Origin: a virus | Lineage: Duplodnaviria; Caudoviricetes | DNA length: 28,917 nt | Reading direction: 5' to 3' (one strand) | IMG/VR virus record: IMGVR_UViG_3300036719_000099 | Location: 1-28,917 of that record | Part shown: positions 1 to 8,396 of the stretch, piece by piece | Position numbering within the stretch: the first letter of the stretch is position 1 | How the letters are laid out: every line of letters starts with the position of its first letter | The notes under the pieces: generated by a model | Told to the model about the DNA's origin: nothing | The model's database searches: none | The model's input: only the letters and a program-made list of their open reading frames with translations | Position numbers and translations under genes: made by a program

Positions 1-821
1 GTGGTATTGCAGTAGTGCTTGAAAATCACCTCGCTGGTGTTGCCGGCCCATGCAGCCACCTGTGGCACTGGGATTCCGGCTTCAATCCAGCGGCTGATTG
101 CCGTATGCCTGCAGTCGTACGGACGGTACAGGTGGGAGATCAACCCAGCGCCATGCAACGGCTGCAGCTTTTTACGGAAGTAACTCTGAAACGCCACTCG
201 ATTCCACGGGAAGATGCACTCGTTTTCCTGTGGCAGTTGCTCAAGGATGGCTCGGCATTTGCTGTTCAACGGCACCCATCGCTTCTTGTTGGTTTTAGTG
301 CTGTCTTTATAGCCGTGTGTAAGTGTCCAGTTGCTATGTACAAGGATCTTGTTTTCCTTGATGTCTGACCATCTCAAAGCTCGCACCTCACCAGTACGCA
401 TTGCAGTTTGCAGCATGAACTCGGTGTACCACGACCAGTTGACATCTTGATAGCTGCATTTTGCAGCAAGTGCAGCAAGCACTATGCCGACTTCATTGCG
501 TGGTATTACGACAATCTCCTCGTCTTTTTGCGGCGCCTTCGGCATTTTGAAGCTGGCCAGCGGGTTGCGCTCTAGGTAGCCAACATCCTCTTGCGCCGCC
601 CACTTGTACATGCTTTTGGTGTACATCGCCACGCGCCGTGACGACAGCACAGGCTTTTCGCCTAGGACCCAGATCATCACCTGTCTTGCGTGGCTGAGGT
701 CCTGCACAGGACATCGAATCAACCACTTGCGAACCTGCCGGTAGTCAGAGGTAAGGCTTGTTGGGCACAAGGCAATAGAACGCTCAGCGAGGAAGGCGTC
801 CCAGAGTTCTACAAGTGTCAT
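1..821 (-). CDS. Tyrosine recombinase (Xer/Int family, short form with no evident arm-binding domain); 3' end truncated by the window edge
   Basis: Not in the ORF track because there is no stop in the window. Manual translation from ATG 821: MTLVELWDAFLAERSIALCPTSLTSDY...NPLASFKMPK...FMLQTAMRTGEVRALRWSDI...STKTNKKRWVPL...LYRPYDCRHTAISRWIEAGIPVPQVAAWAGNTSEVIFKHYCNT. Catalytic R (TAMRTGE), K (STKT), YxxR(H) box II and nucleophile Y (KHY, nt 12-14) are present; the frame is open for 273 codons. Confidence 0.93.
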   Translation of the reverse strand, partial: MTLVELWDAFLAERSIALCPTSLTSDYRQVRKWLIRCPVQDLSHARQVMIWVLGEKPVLSSRRVAMYTKSMYKWAAQEDVGYLERNPLASFKMPKAPQKDEEIVVIPRNEVGIVLAALAAKCSYQDVNWSWYTEFMLQTAMRTGEVRALRWSDIKENKILVHSNWTLTHGYKDSTKTNKKRWVPLNSKCRAILEQLPQENECIFPWNRVAFQSYFRKKLQPLHGAGLISHLYRPYDCRHTAISRWIEAGIPVPQVAAWAGNTSEVIFKHYCNT

Positions 822-827
822 GTACCA

Positions 828-833
828 ACCCTA
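828..833 (-). promoter_or_regulatory. Putative -10 element (TAGGGT) 6 nt upstream of the recombinase ATG
   Basis: TAGGGT-tggtac-ATG; the same TAnnnT-N6/7-ATG geometry is seen at three other genes in the window. Confidence 0.45.
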
Positions 834-834
834 C

Positions 835-862
835 AAGAAAAGCCCGCCGGTTACAGCGGGCT
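835..862 (-). terminator. Rho-independent terminator after the tail fibre gene
   Basis: Minus strand AGCCCGCTG-TAAC-CGGCGGGCT followed by TTTCTT: a GC-rich hairpin plus U-tract about 30 nt after the fibre stop codon. Confidence 0.8.
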
Positions 863-871
863 CACGCTCAG

Positions 872-886
872 TATTGAAGGTGACTA
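872..886. repeat. Putative recombination site 6 (TAT-tgaaggtga-CTA, one mismatch), just downstream of the fibre stop codon
   Basis: GTAT TGAAGGTGA CTAC on +; same arm and spacer geometry as the intragenic sites. Confidence 0.45.
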
Positions 887-892
887 CTGGCT

Positions 893-2899
893 CTAGCAAG
901 CCATCAGCACGCAGGGCACGCAGTAGCTACCGTCCTCGTAGGTGCAGCTCACGTTGGTGCTGGTGACCTTGGCCACAGTCTTGCTGCGAATGATGTCGTC
1001 GTCCTGGGGTTTGGCAGTGCCATCACCAGCGGACATGAGTAGATCGCCACGCTGAACTGTGACGCCTTCGGCAATGCGGATGATCATGTCACCCGTCATT
1101 GCACAGTAGAAATCTTTGGTGTGAACTTCATCGTCATTGTCCCACCCCTGAAACACACCAGCAACATTGAAATCACCTTCAACATCGCTCACTTTCATGC
1201 GGTTGAGTTGTTCATTTGTTTGTTCGCCCCAATCGCACATTTCATCCAAGTTGCTCAGCACAGTGCCGCGTAGGATTTCAACACGATCTCCGTTCCCAGG
1301 GAGCTGTGACCAACGGCTTAGGTGAGCACCGTTCAGAGAGACAGTGTTACCTGAAACAGAAATGCTGCCTTCAATGGCTGTGTCTTGGTAAAACTCAAGC
1401 AGGTTGCCGTCATCGGTAGTCCTGTTGACATGCAATGGCGTACCAGACGCACGTTGGAAAGTCCCAGCTCCAACGACAGTAAGCCGTTCGGCGCTGGTAA
1501 TGATTGCGCCTGTTGTTCTATTGATAAATACGCCACCTGCATTATCAATCCTCATCCGCTCCGTAGGACCAGCCGCGCCATCTGCCGTAGTGGAGAACAC
1601 TAACCTGCCCGGCATGTCATCAGCGCCGGGGGTGCCGTCTACTTGTGCTGTAATTGATGCGCTACTGACAAAGTTTGTATTATCGGCACCTTGGAAAAAG
1701 ATCGAGCCCAGCGAATCACCATCAGCAACGATGTCAGGAGTTGCATCGCCTACTGTTGTGGAGCGTGATTTAGCGAGGTAAATTCCGCTTTGTCCGGTAT
1801 CGTTTGAGTTCCTAAGAATTGACAATGCTGAGTTGTTAAGAGAGGTGCCTTCTATTTGGAAGGGGCTGGTTCTTGCGCCGCTTGTGAAGTTTGCACGCGC
1901 ACTAGACGTGCCAACTAAGAGGCGACCCGAGGCATCAAATCGCGCTTTTTCACTGCCACCTGTGACAAACGCAAGATTATCCGTGGCAGGCCGATACAAA
2001 CCGGCGCTGAACGCTACGGCAGAACTGTTCGCGGTGAAGGCAATTCCTCCGGCTGTACTTGAACAAGCAATGGTTCCATTGACATCCAATGTAGTAGCCG
2101 GACTCGTAGTGCCAATCCCTACGCGGCCTGCGGAGGTGATCCGCATCCGCTCGATTCCGCTAGCGCTATCGGCATTGGTGCGAAAAGTTAATGCCGTTGC
2201 ATTCTGAGCTGTAGTTTCATTTACGCCATAAATGCCTGCGGCTCTGGTTGCGCCTCCAGTGTTTGGGGAAAATGTAATACCTATAGCCGTATTAGCTCCT
2301 GAGTTTTGGTTGTGCAGTAGCACACCAACCGCATCAACACCGGCAGCATCTTTCCGTATCTCTAAAAGTTCCTGAGGACTAGAAGTCCCCAGACCTAAGA
2401 GGCCTGCGGGCGTGATACGCATCCGCTCAACGGCATTAACGCCAAAAACAAGAGACTTGTTTTCGTAGTTGTATAGGTATCCAAAGTCGTTATCAATTCC
2501 TACAAAAAGCCCATCTGTTGCGGTAGAACCGTACGCAGAAGTGGAAATCTGTACGCCCGCCAAGCCATCAGTTGCTTTTTGGATGTGAAACTGTGTGACT
2601 GGACTGGCCGTACCCACCCCAATATTTCCATTTGCACTGACAAACAACCGCCCCGTGCCATTAGTTGAGATGGCTAGTTGGTCAGCGCCAGGGCTGTAGA
2701 TGCCGGTGTTTTCGTCGCCTTCGATGGCAATGCTTGGTGCAGCAGCAGTACCAAGCGGCACGCCACGGAACAACTCCTCAATGGTGATCCGCTTGTTCTT
2801 ACTGGCAGCAGCAACCTCGCTGATGTCAACGATGGGCAGGTAGTCACCAGCCGCTGGTGCAGTCAGTGCTGTCAGATCCGAAATCTTACGGTCAGCCAT
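893..2899 (-). CDS. Modular tail fibre / receptor-binding protein with an N-terminal 'KISxL' domain, ERMRI..G..GIGT..P repeats and a probable C-terminal intramolecular chaperone domain
   Basis: 668 aa ORF with RBS AAAGGA at 2911-2916. N-terminus MADRKISDLTALTAPAAGDYLPIVD...NKRIT; five RL/RMRI-x3-G-x2-(I/L/V)G(T) repeats typical of phage fibres; C-terminal GDLLMSAGDGTAKPQDD region resembles G2-type autocleaving chaperone domains (recognition only). Confidence 0.85.
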   Translation of the reverse strand: MADRKISDLTALTAPAAGDYLPIVDISEVAAASKNKRITIEELFRGVPLGTAAAPSIAIEGDENTGIYSPGADQLAISTNGTGRLFVSANGNIGVGTASPVTQFHIQKATDGLAGVQISTSAYGSTATDGLFVGIDNDFGYLYNYENKSLVFGVNAVERMRITPAGLLGLGTSSPQELLEIRKDAAGVDAVGVLLHNQNSGANTAIGITFSPNTGGATRAAGIYGVNETTAQNATALTFRTNADSASGIERMRITSAGRVGIGTTSPATTLDVNGTIACSSTAGGIAFTANSSAVAFSAGLYRPATDNLAFVTGGSEKARFDASGRLLVGTSSARANFTSGARTSPFQIEGTSLNNSALSILRNSNDTGQSGIYLAKSRSTTVGDATPDIVADGDSLGSIFFQGADNTNFVSSASITAQVDGTPGADDMPGRLVFSTTADGAAGPTERMRIDNAGGVFINRTTGAIITSAERLTVVGAGTFQRASGTPLHVNRTTDDGNLLEFYQDTAIEGSISVSGNTVSLNGAHLSRWSQLPGNGDRVEILRGTVLSNLDEMCDWGEQTNEQLNRMKVSDVEGDFNVAGVFQGWDNDDEVHTKDFYCAMTGDMIIRIAEGVTVQRGDLLMSAGDGTAKPQDDDIIRSKTVAKVTSTNVSCTYEDGSYCVPCVLMAC
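1588..1602. repeat. Putative recombination site 5 (TAG-tggagaaca-CTA)
   Basis: Exact inverted arms TAGT/ACTA around 7-bp core GGAGAAC; encodes L-V-F-S-T-T using a TTA codon. Confidence 0.6.
1903..1917. repeat. Putative recombination site 4 (TAG-acgtgccaa-CTA)
   Basis: Exact TAG-N9-CTA with core CGTGCCA; encodes L-V-G-T-S-S using a TTA codon. Confidence 0.6.
2107..2121. repeat. Putative recombination site 3 (TAG-tgccaatcc-CTA)
   Basis: GTAG-N9-CTAC with core GCCAATC; encodes V-G-I-G-T-T using a GTA codon. Confidence 0.6.
2383..2397. repeat. Putative recombination site 2 (AAG-tccccagac-CTA, one mismatch)
   Basis: Core CCCCAGA; encodes L-G-L-G-T-S using a TTA codon, at the position equivalent to site 3 in the protein repeat. 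Confidence 0.5.
2662..2676. repeat. Putative recombination site 1 (TAG-ttgagatgg-CTA)
   Basis: Exact TAG-N9-CTA with core TGAGATG; encodes L-A-I-S-T-N using a CTA codon, at the end of the N-terminal anchor region. Confidence 0.6.
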
Positions 2900-2921
2900 T
2901 GCTGGAACAGTCCTTTATGGC

Positions 2922-3110
2922 CTACTCTACTGCTTCTGGGATTTCAGGCGCCACAAAGCTGCCGTCTGCATATCCCCAGCCGATACCTGCGCCATCCTGC
3001 AATGGCACCAGATCGCAACCTTCAGGTGGTTGCCATGATGCCTCGCCATCCCAGATGGTGACATTGATGACGATGCCGTTTTCGACGATTGCGTAATTCA
3101 TAGTCATCAC
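2922..3110 (-). CDS. Small fibre-associated protein (putative assembly chaperone of the Gly-rich fibre)
   Basis: About 60 aa, YAIVENGIVINVTIWDG...AGIGWGYADGSFVAP, a type commonly found after glycine-rich phage tail proteins; ATGA overlap with the upstream stop. Confidence 0.7.
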   Translation of the reverse strand: MMTMNYAIVENGIVINVTIWDGEASWQPPEGCDLVPLQDGAGIGWGYADGSFVAPEIPEAVE

Positions 3111-4150
3111 CAGATGTAGACGATGCAGAGGCCAGCGCCGCCAGCACCACTGGCAACTGCTGTTTGATTAGAACCACCGCCGCCGCCGCCCGGTACGGAT
3201 GCAGCAGTGCCGGTGTTGGACGTGGCGCCATCACCACCGTTGAGGCTGTCGCCACCTGCGCGTTGGGTGGCAGAACCGCCAACAGAAGCAGCGCCACCAC
3301 CGCCGCCACCCCAGAAAGCAGCCGGGCCATTGCTTGTGCCGCTAGCGCCACCGGCACCACCGTAATCACCTGTATCCCCTGCATTGCCGCCGGTCAATAT
3401 AGAGCCGTGGCCAGCACCGCCTGTACTGCTAGATCCAGCAGCCAGGCTGCCGCCACCGCCGCCGCCAGTAGCAATAAGTGTGCCCCCCACATTGGTGCGG
3501 CTACCACCAGCGCCGCCGTAAGCAGTCATCAAGCTGCCGAAGCTGCTGGTGCCGCCGACGTTGCCATTGGCATCAGTGCCGGATGCAATGGCTGCACCAC
3601 CTGCGCCGATTGTGACCGCAGCAGAACCGGGCAAATCAGACAACTGGAATAACCGCTGCACGCAAGCACCGCCACCACCGCCACCACCGGCTGTTGCTCC
3701 GTATCGCGCACCACTGCCGCCGCCGCCCCATAGCGTGATCAGTGCAATGGTGCCGGCGGTGGGCTTTACCCATGTGCCGTTAGCAGTAAAAACTTCCTTA
3801 CTAGAGCCGGGCGGGATGGCGTTCCAGCTTGCGACAGTGCCGTTAGTGGTGAGGTACTTACCGCTTTGGCTGGTCTGCGACGGCAGCGTGCCCTCAAAGG
3901 TGATTGTATTACCAACAATCGTGGCGACCTTGATCCAGGCGTTGTTGTTGGAATTGCGCTTTCTCCAGACTGGGGAGGTGGATGTTGGATCGATTGTCGT
4001 TCCAAGGTCGATCCAATCCTGAAACGCCACCGTGCTTGATGGCTGAGGAACGCCGCTGCTGTTTGAAAACAGTGCGGCCAGGTTGTTGTTGATGTCAGCG
4101 CGGACCGTCGGGAATGTGTCGTTCTGAACGGTCTGGTCAGCTTGCGCCAT
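3107..4150 (-). CDS. Glycine-rich tail fibre / adhesin
   Basis: Start reassigned to ATG 4150 (TAATG overlap with the gpJ stop). N-terminal anchor MAQADQTVQNDTFPTVRADINNNLAAL, linker LPSQTSQSGKYLTTNGTVASW, then a Gly-rich domain from VFTANGTWVKP...WGGGGSG to GAGGAGLCIVYIW. Confidence 0.8.
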   Translation of the reverse strand: MAQADQTVQNDTFPTVRADINNNLAALFSNSSGVPQPSSTVAFQDWIDLGTTIDPTSTSPVWRKRNSNNNAWIKVATIVGNTITFEGTLPSQTSQSGKYLTTNGTVASWNAIPPGSSKEVFTANGTWVKPTAGTIALITLWGGGGSGARYGATAGGGGGGGACVQRLFQLSDLPGSAAVTIGAGGAAIASGTDANGNVGGTSSFGSLMTAYGGAGGSRTNVGGTLIATGGGGGGSLAAGSSSTGGAGHGSILTGGNAGDTGDYGGAGGASGTSNGPAAFWGGGGGGAASVGGSATQRAGGDSLNGGDGATSNTGTAASVPGGGGGGSNQTAVASGAGGAGLCIVYIW

Positions 4151-7100
4151 TAGACGATCTCTCTGCCGTAGCCAGTAGCAGTGTAATCGCAACTGCGGGT
4201 GACGCCTGCATTGGCACTGTTGTAGAAGTTTACAGTGAAGCCGGTGCGGCTGGTAGAGGTGACCGTGTAGTAGTCACCAGTTGCCATGTTCGACGGGCTG
4301 ATCACGATGTTCGGTGTCTGGTAAAACGCCTGCGCAAACGTGACCGTGTAGGTGTTGGCGCCAGTGCGGTTGCCAGATTCAACTCGCTGCTGCAGTTCAG
4401 CCGTTGCACCTAGGTCTGAGATCGCCAAGCCGATTAGGTTGCTTTGGGTGATGCCAATCACCCGCACCTGGATGGCGCGTGCCCGGACCACGGCATTGAC
4501 AAACTCGTTCCATGGTCCCCACGTTGGCGTGCCGGCTGGGTTGTCGTTAGTTGTGCGGACATAGGTAATGCAGTTGGTTTGGTCAAGGTCACTACCGTCG
4601 AAGTTGCCGGGTTGGTCGTCAAAAAAGCTATCCACCGTGCCAGTACCTGTGCCAGGGCCTGTTGCCGTGAAAATAAGGCCCACGGTATTGCTGTCTGCGC
4701 CAATGGCAAGAAAATCTGTTGTACCGATGGAAACAATTTTATACCTTTTGCCTGCGACAATTCCAGTCACGGACAATGCCACCCCGACGCTATCAAAGTT
4801 GATTGATGTGCTGACCGGATAGCTAATGATCCGGCGGCGAAGGTTGATGTCATAAACCTGCGTCAGGTCCAGCGTGTCCTTGTAGACATAGGTACCAGTC
4901 AGCGCAGTCGCTGGGTTCAAATACAGCGCAACCTTGCCAGCGTCATACACGAAGTTGGTTTTGGTGCCATCAAACTTGGGCACCAGGTTTTGCTCTTCCC
5001 AGACCTTTACGCTTAGGCGTGGCTGCGGCGTGGGCAATGCTGCATGGATGCCGACCGGCACCAGCGACCGCACGCCGGACTGATCACGGAAGGCGACGAA
5101 ATAAGTGCCGGCCAGCAACGGCACCTGCTTTTGGGTTTGGTTGCCAGCCGCTGCCTGCACGATGGCATTACTGGTTGACCACTCCGCTGCTGGCATGTCA
5201 CGCGGGTCATGGCGAATCAGCACTTCACCGCCAATCAGCACATCGAGGTCGGTCGCTAGATCCCACTGGATAATGGCGGTGCTTTCGTTGATGGGCACCA
5301 AGCTGACGCCTGTCGGGTTGGCAGGTGGTGCGCCAACGCCCGTCACCGAGAACATCATCTCTGCCGGTGCGCTGCTAATCACCTGCGTGGAGCTGATTGC
5401 ATACACCTCCACTTGATAATTGCCGGTTGTGACGTCCTCGATTTCGTACAGCGGGCCGTATTGGCGCACCTCGGTCCAGTTGCCAAACTCTGCCCGCCAC
5501 CGAATTTTGTATTCATTGACGCCACGGACACCCTTCCATGTGAGTGCCAACTTGGTGGTAACCCGACCATTGAGCGGATACAGAATCTCGGTGCCGGTCA
5601 AGTCCTGCGGTGTTTCAGGTGGCACGTTTAGGTTGGTAATGTCGCGGGCTTCAAGTGGTGCGCCGCGCTCCACATAGTCGTATTTGCTGCTGTTGTAGCT
5701 GACGGCTGTGATCGAATAATTGATGCCCTCTTCTTCTTGGATGCCCAGCACCTTCCATTGCGTCGGTTGGATGTCGCTGGTTTCAACCATCCACACACCA
5801 CCATTTTGTGGCGCCATGCTGAAAGGCGGCGTGACTGTGTACACACCAGCGGTCAAGTCTGTGATGGTGCGCGATTCAACGATGCCATCGTCTAGCACCA
5901 CGCTCAGGGTGCCGGTGCTGGGCAGATCGGTTGCATTGTCAACCGTGACGGTGCTTGCGGTTCCGCTACTGATGCGGCCAGCGCGGCGAGCGCCAGACTT
6001 AACAGGGTCGGCAATGTTGATGACAGCACCGGGACGAACGATGATGCCGTTCTCCAGGCTGGTGGTAAAGCTGCATACTTCTGTCTCGTAGCGTTCGGAG
6101 TAAAGAATCCACTCGCCCACGCGATGCGCTTGTGACCGGCTGGTGGTGGCAAATGCCGTGACCTCTTTAGTCACTACGCCATAACGGGCGATGCCTTCAG
6201 GATCTTCGACTACTTCCCGATCAATGTCGCCCAGCTCTAGGTTGAGCCAGCCAACAACAACAACAGTTGAGCGGGTCTTTAGGCTGCTGGTTTCGTAGCT
6301 AAAGCCGTCTTCGCTGACATTGGCAAGACTGAACAGCGCAACCGGATCTGATGGCCGGTCCTGCATCATGCTCAACGATCCAGCCGCCCAGTACGGCATG
6401 GCCCGGAAAATTGAACACATGTCATTGATTAACCTATAAGCTTCTTCTTGGGTTTGGATGTTGACGTTGCAGCTAAACCGTGGCTCGCTAATTGGATCAT
6501 TTAGGCCAGTCGATACCAGTTCAGCGCAATACTTACTAGCTTGAAAAAATGCCCACTTGTCCAATGTGTTGGCTTGGATGTGATCACCCAGTCCATAGCG
6601 TTTTGATACCAAAATGTCCCAAAGAATCCAAGCGGGGTCGCTGGTCCATGCAGCAGCGCCGAATGTTCCATTCCAAATACCGGAATAGGTGAGCCTGCCG
6701 GTTTCTAGGTCAACGGTTGCATTGCTCGGAATAGCAACCTTGATGCCACGAATTTTGTAGGCGCGTTGCGGGATGTTGCTGAACTGCTCAGCATCAATCC
6801 GTGTGGCAACGTAGGCAGTGTTTGGGTACTTCAGCTTTTTATAAATTAGCTCGGTGTAGCTAGACCACGAGAAAGTATTGGTCTCCTTAATGCTGGTCGG
6901 TTCTGCTGATGTGCGGCTAACGCGGATGTCAACCGGAAACGTATCATTAAGTTCTATATTTCCGTTTGTGGTTAAAGAAGAGCTAGCTACATAAGAAAAA
7001 GAAGTTAGGCTAATTACTGTGGCAACAGTGTACGTGCTGCTAGCGGCTGAACCAGATAGGATATTTGCGTAGAAAGCTGTGCCGACTGAAAGATTGTGGG

Positions 7101-7791
7101 GAGTAGATGTTGTTACGGTTACGGTAAAATTAGTTTGGCTGTAACTTCCGCTGATAACGCCATTAACGGTATCCAAAGTGACTATATAATCGCGCTGATA
7201 CAGATCAGAAGTGCGGCCTGAAATGGTGTCATTGATGACCGTGGCGTAGCTACCGCCGAAATAACGAACTGCAATTGCTAGCGACAATGACGTGCCAACG
7301 ATGTCGCCGTTGTCAAGTACCTTTTGCAGCAACGGAACGCTAATGGTTAACCGTACAGCATTGACGTTGGTGTCAATGATGGTCTTTACAACAGGCGTTG
7401 CGAGCACCACGTCTTGGCCAACTGAAATCTCTTCCTCGATGGCATCAAACCCCGGCACATAGGCCTGGCTTTGCGTGCCAAACTTGGTCACGACGGTGAC
7501 GTTTTGAAAGTTAAAGTCGGATTCCTGCGGCAGTGTGTTGTCGGCAGTGGCATTAAGCAGCCGCGTCTTGTTGAAGTAAATATCCTTCATCGACGCATTC
7601 ATGTATTGCGTCGTGCCTTGCGTCAATCCCAAACGTGATGGCGTGGCAAATCCTTCGATTTCACCTTCGCTAAGGATTTCAACAATCTTGGCGTAAGCCG
7701 TTGAATCAAGGTTGTCTTTGGCTTCTGTGGATTTACGAAAAGCGCCGCCGCCTTTACCCTTACCACCACCACCAGCACCGTAGATGCTCAT
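4150..7791 (-). CDS. Tail tip / host-specificity protein, lambda gpJ-like
   Basis: 1213 aa; motifs ILSEGEIEG, YPNTAYVA, IRGIKVAIPSN, WTSDPAWILWD, EPRFSCN, TSRSQAHRVGEW; FN3-like domains; follows gpI. Confidence 0.93.
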   Translation of the reverse strand: MSIYGAGGGGKGKGGGAFRKSTEAKDNLDSTAYAKIVEILSEGEIEGFATPSRLGLTQGTTQYMNASMKDIYFNKTRLLNATADNTLPQESDFNFQNVTVVTKFGTQSQAYVPGFDAIEEEISVGQDVVLATPVVKTIIDTNVNAVRLTISVPLLQKVLDNGDIVGTSLSLAIAVRYFGGSYATVINDTISGRTSDLYQRDYIVTLDTVNGVISGSYSQTNFTVTVTTSTPHNLSVGTAFYANILSGSAASSTYTVATVISLTSFSYVASSSLTTNGNIELNDTFPVDIRVSRTSAEPTSIKETNTFSWSSYTELIYKKLKYPNTAYVATRIDAEQFSNIPQRAYKIRGIKVAIPSNATVDLETGRLTYSGIWNGTFGAAAWTSDPAWILWDILVSKRYGLGDHIQANTLDKWAFFQASKYCAELVSTGLNDPISEPRFSCNVNIQTQEEAYRLINDMCSIFRAMPYWAAGSLSMMQDRPSDPVALFSLANVSEDGFSYETSSLKTRSTVVVVGWLNLELGDIDREVVEDPEGIARYGVVTKEVTAFATTSRSQAHRVGEWILYSERYETEVCSFTTSLENGIIVRPGAVINIADPVKSGARRAGRISSGTASTVTVDNATDLPSTGTLSVVLDDGIVESRTITDLTAGVYTVTPPFSMAPQNGGVWMVETSDIQPTQWKVLGIQEEEGINYSITAVSYNSSKYDYVERGAPLEARDITNLNVPPETPQDLTGTEILYPLNGRVTTKLALTWKGVRGVNEYKIRWRAEFGNWTEVRQYGPLYEIEDVTTGNYQVEVYAISSTQVISSAPAEMMFSVTGVGAPPANPTGVSLVPINESTAIIQWDLATDLDVLIGGEVLIRHDPRDMPAAEWSTSNAIVQAAAGNQTQKQVPLLAGTYFVAFRDQSGVRSLVPVGIHAALPTPQPRLSVKVWEEQNLVPKFDGTKTNFVYDAGKVALYLNPATALTGTYVYKDTLDLTQVYDINLRRRIISYPVSTSINFDSVGVALSVTGIVAGKRYKIVSIGTTDFLAIGADSNTVGLIFTATGPGTGTGTVDSFFDDQPGNFDGSDLDQTNCITYVRTTNDNPAGTPTWGPWNEFVNAVVRARAIQVRVIGITQSNLIGLAISDLGATAELQQRVESGNRTGANTYTVTFAQAFYQTPNIVISPSNMATGDYYTVTSTSRTGFTVNFYNSANAGVTRSCDYTATGYGREIV

Positions 7792-8396
7792 ACGCCTGAC
7801 ACCTGCACAATGTCAGCGCCAGCGCTAACGACAATGCCGCCAACCAGCATCTCGCCATAGACAACAGGCACCGGCACACCAGCCCGCGTGGTGTTCTGGA
7901 TGCCGCTAAAGCTGAAACTTTTCTTGGGGTCGCCTTCGTCTTGGTCGGTTTTGGGCGTTGGGGTCAAAGCCTGTGAGATGCCGCCCACAACAAGACTCAA
8001 GCCAACGCTGAACAAAATTTTTCCAACAACGGTGAAGCCAGCAGCCACTGCAGCCTTGCCGCCCGCCGCTGCTACGGCAGCCGCCCAACCAACGCCAGGC
8101 ACAAAAGCCAGAGCTACTAAGGCAATCCCCAGCAAAATTTTTCCAATTGCGCCCCCGCCGGCAATGACTGGAATAATTTCGATTTCACGGCCCATCGGGT
8201 TGTGGATGTCATCGAGGGCCAGGTCTTCGCCAGCGGTATGGACGCGGTAATACTGCTGCGCCATATGGGCTTCTAACTCTGGCCAGTTGGTCACTAGAAA
8301 ACGGACGGCCTCAGCAGCAGTGGCGACATCTGCTTCCAGTACGCGATGGCCGACGAACTTAGCGAGGGCGCCGTATAGCTTGATCTTACGCAGCAT
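7788..8396 (-). CDS. Tail assembly protein, lambda gpI-like
   Basis: Start at [14 protein letters not shown] (ATG 8396); ubiquitin-like N-terminus ending IIPVIAGG, hydrophobic middle, C-terminal [19 protein letters not shown]. Confidence 0.9.
   Translation of the reverse strand: MLRKIKLYGALAKFVGHRVLEADVATAAEAVRFLVTNWPELEAHMAQQYYRVHTAGEDLALDDIHNPMGREIEIIPVIAGGGAIGKILLGIALVALAFVPGVGWAAAVAAAGGKAAVAAGFTVVGKILFSVGLSLVVGGISQALTPTPKTDQDEGDPKKSFSFSGIQNTTRAGVPVPVVYGEMLVGGIVVSAGADIVQVSGV

Noticed and set aside
15-896. ORF-track entries 15..368 (+), 98..298 (+), 493..726 (-) and 690..896 (+)
   Set aside because: Shadow frames of the minus-strand recombinase, which has clear catalytic motifs.
893-2899. 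Classical invertible shufflon (Gin/Cin/Rci type)
   Set aside because: No inverted silent fibre cassettes and no pair of identical crossover sites in the window; sequence beyond the left edge is unknown.
3130-3730. CCG/CCA-rich repetitive DNA
   Set aside because: Explained by poly-glycine coding; not a separate repeat element or CRISPR array.
3781-3795. TAG-cagtaaaaa-CTT near-match in the Gly-rich fibre gene (and similar near-matches at about 2284 and 1040)
   Set aside because: One-mismatch matches are expected by chance every few hundred bases; these are isolated or not at the repeat junctions.
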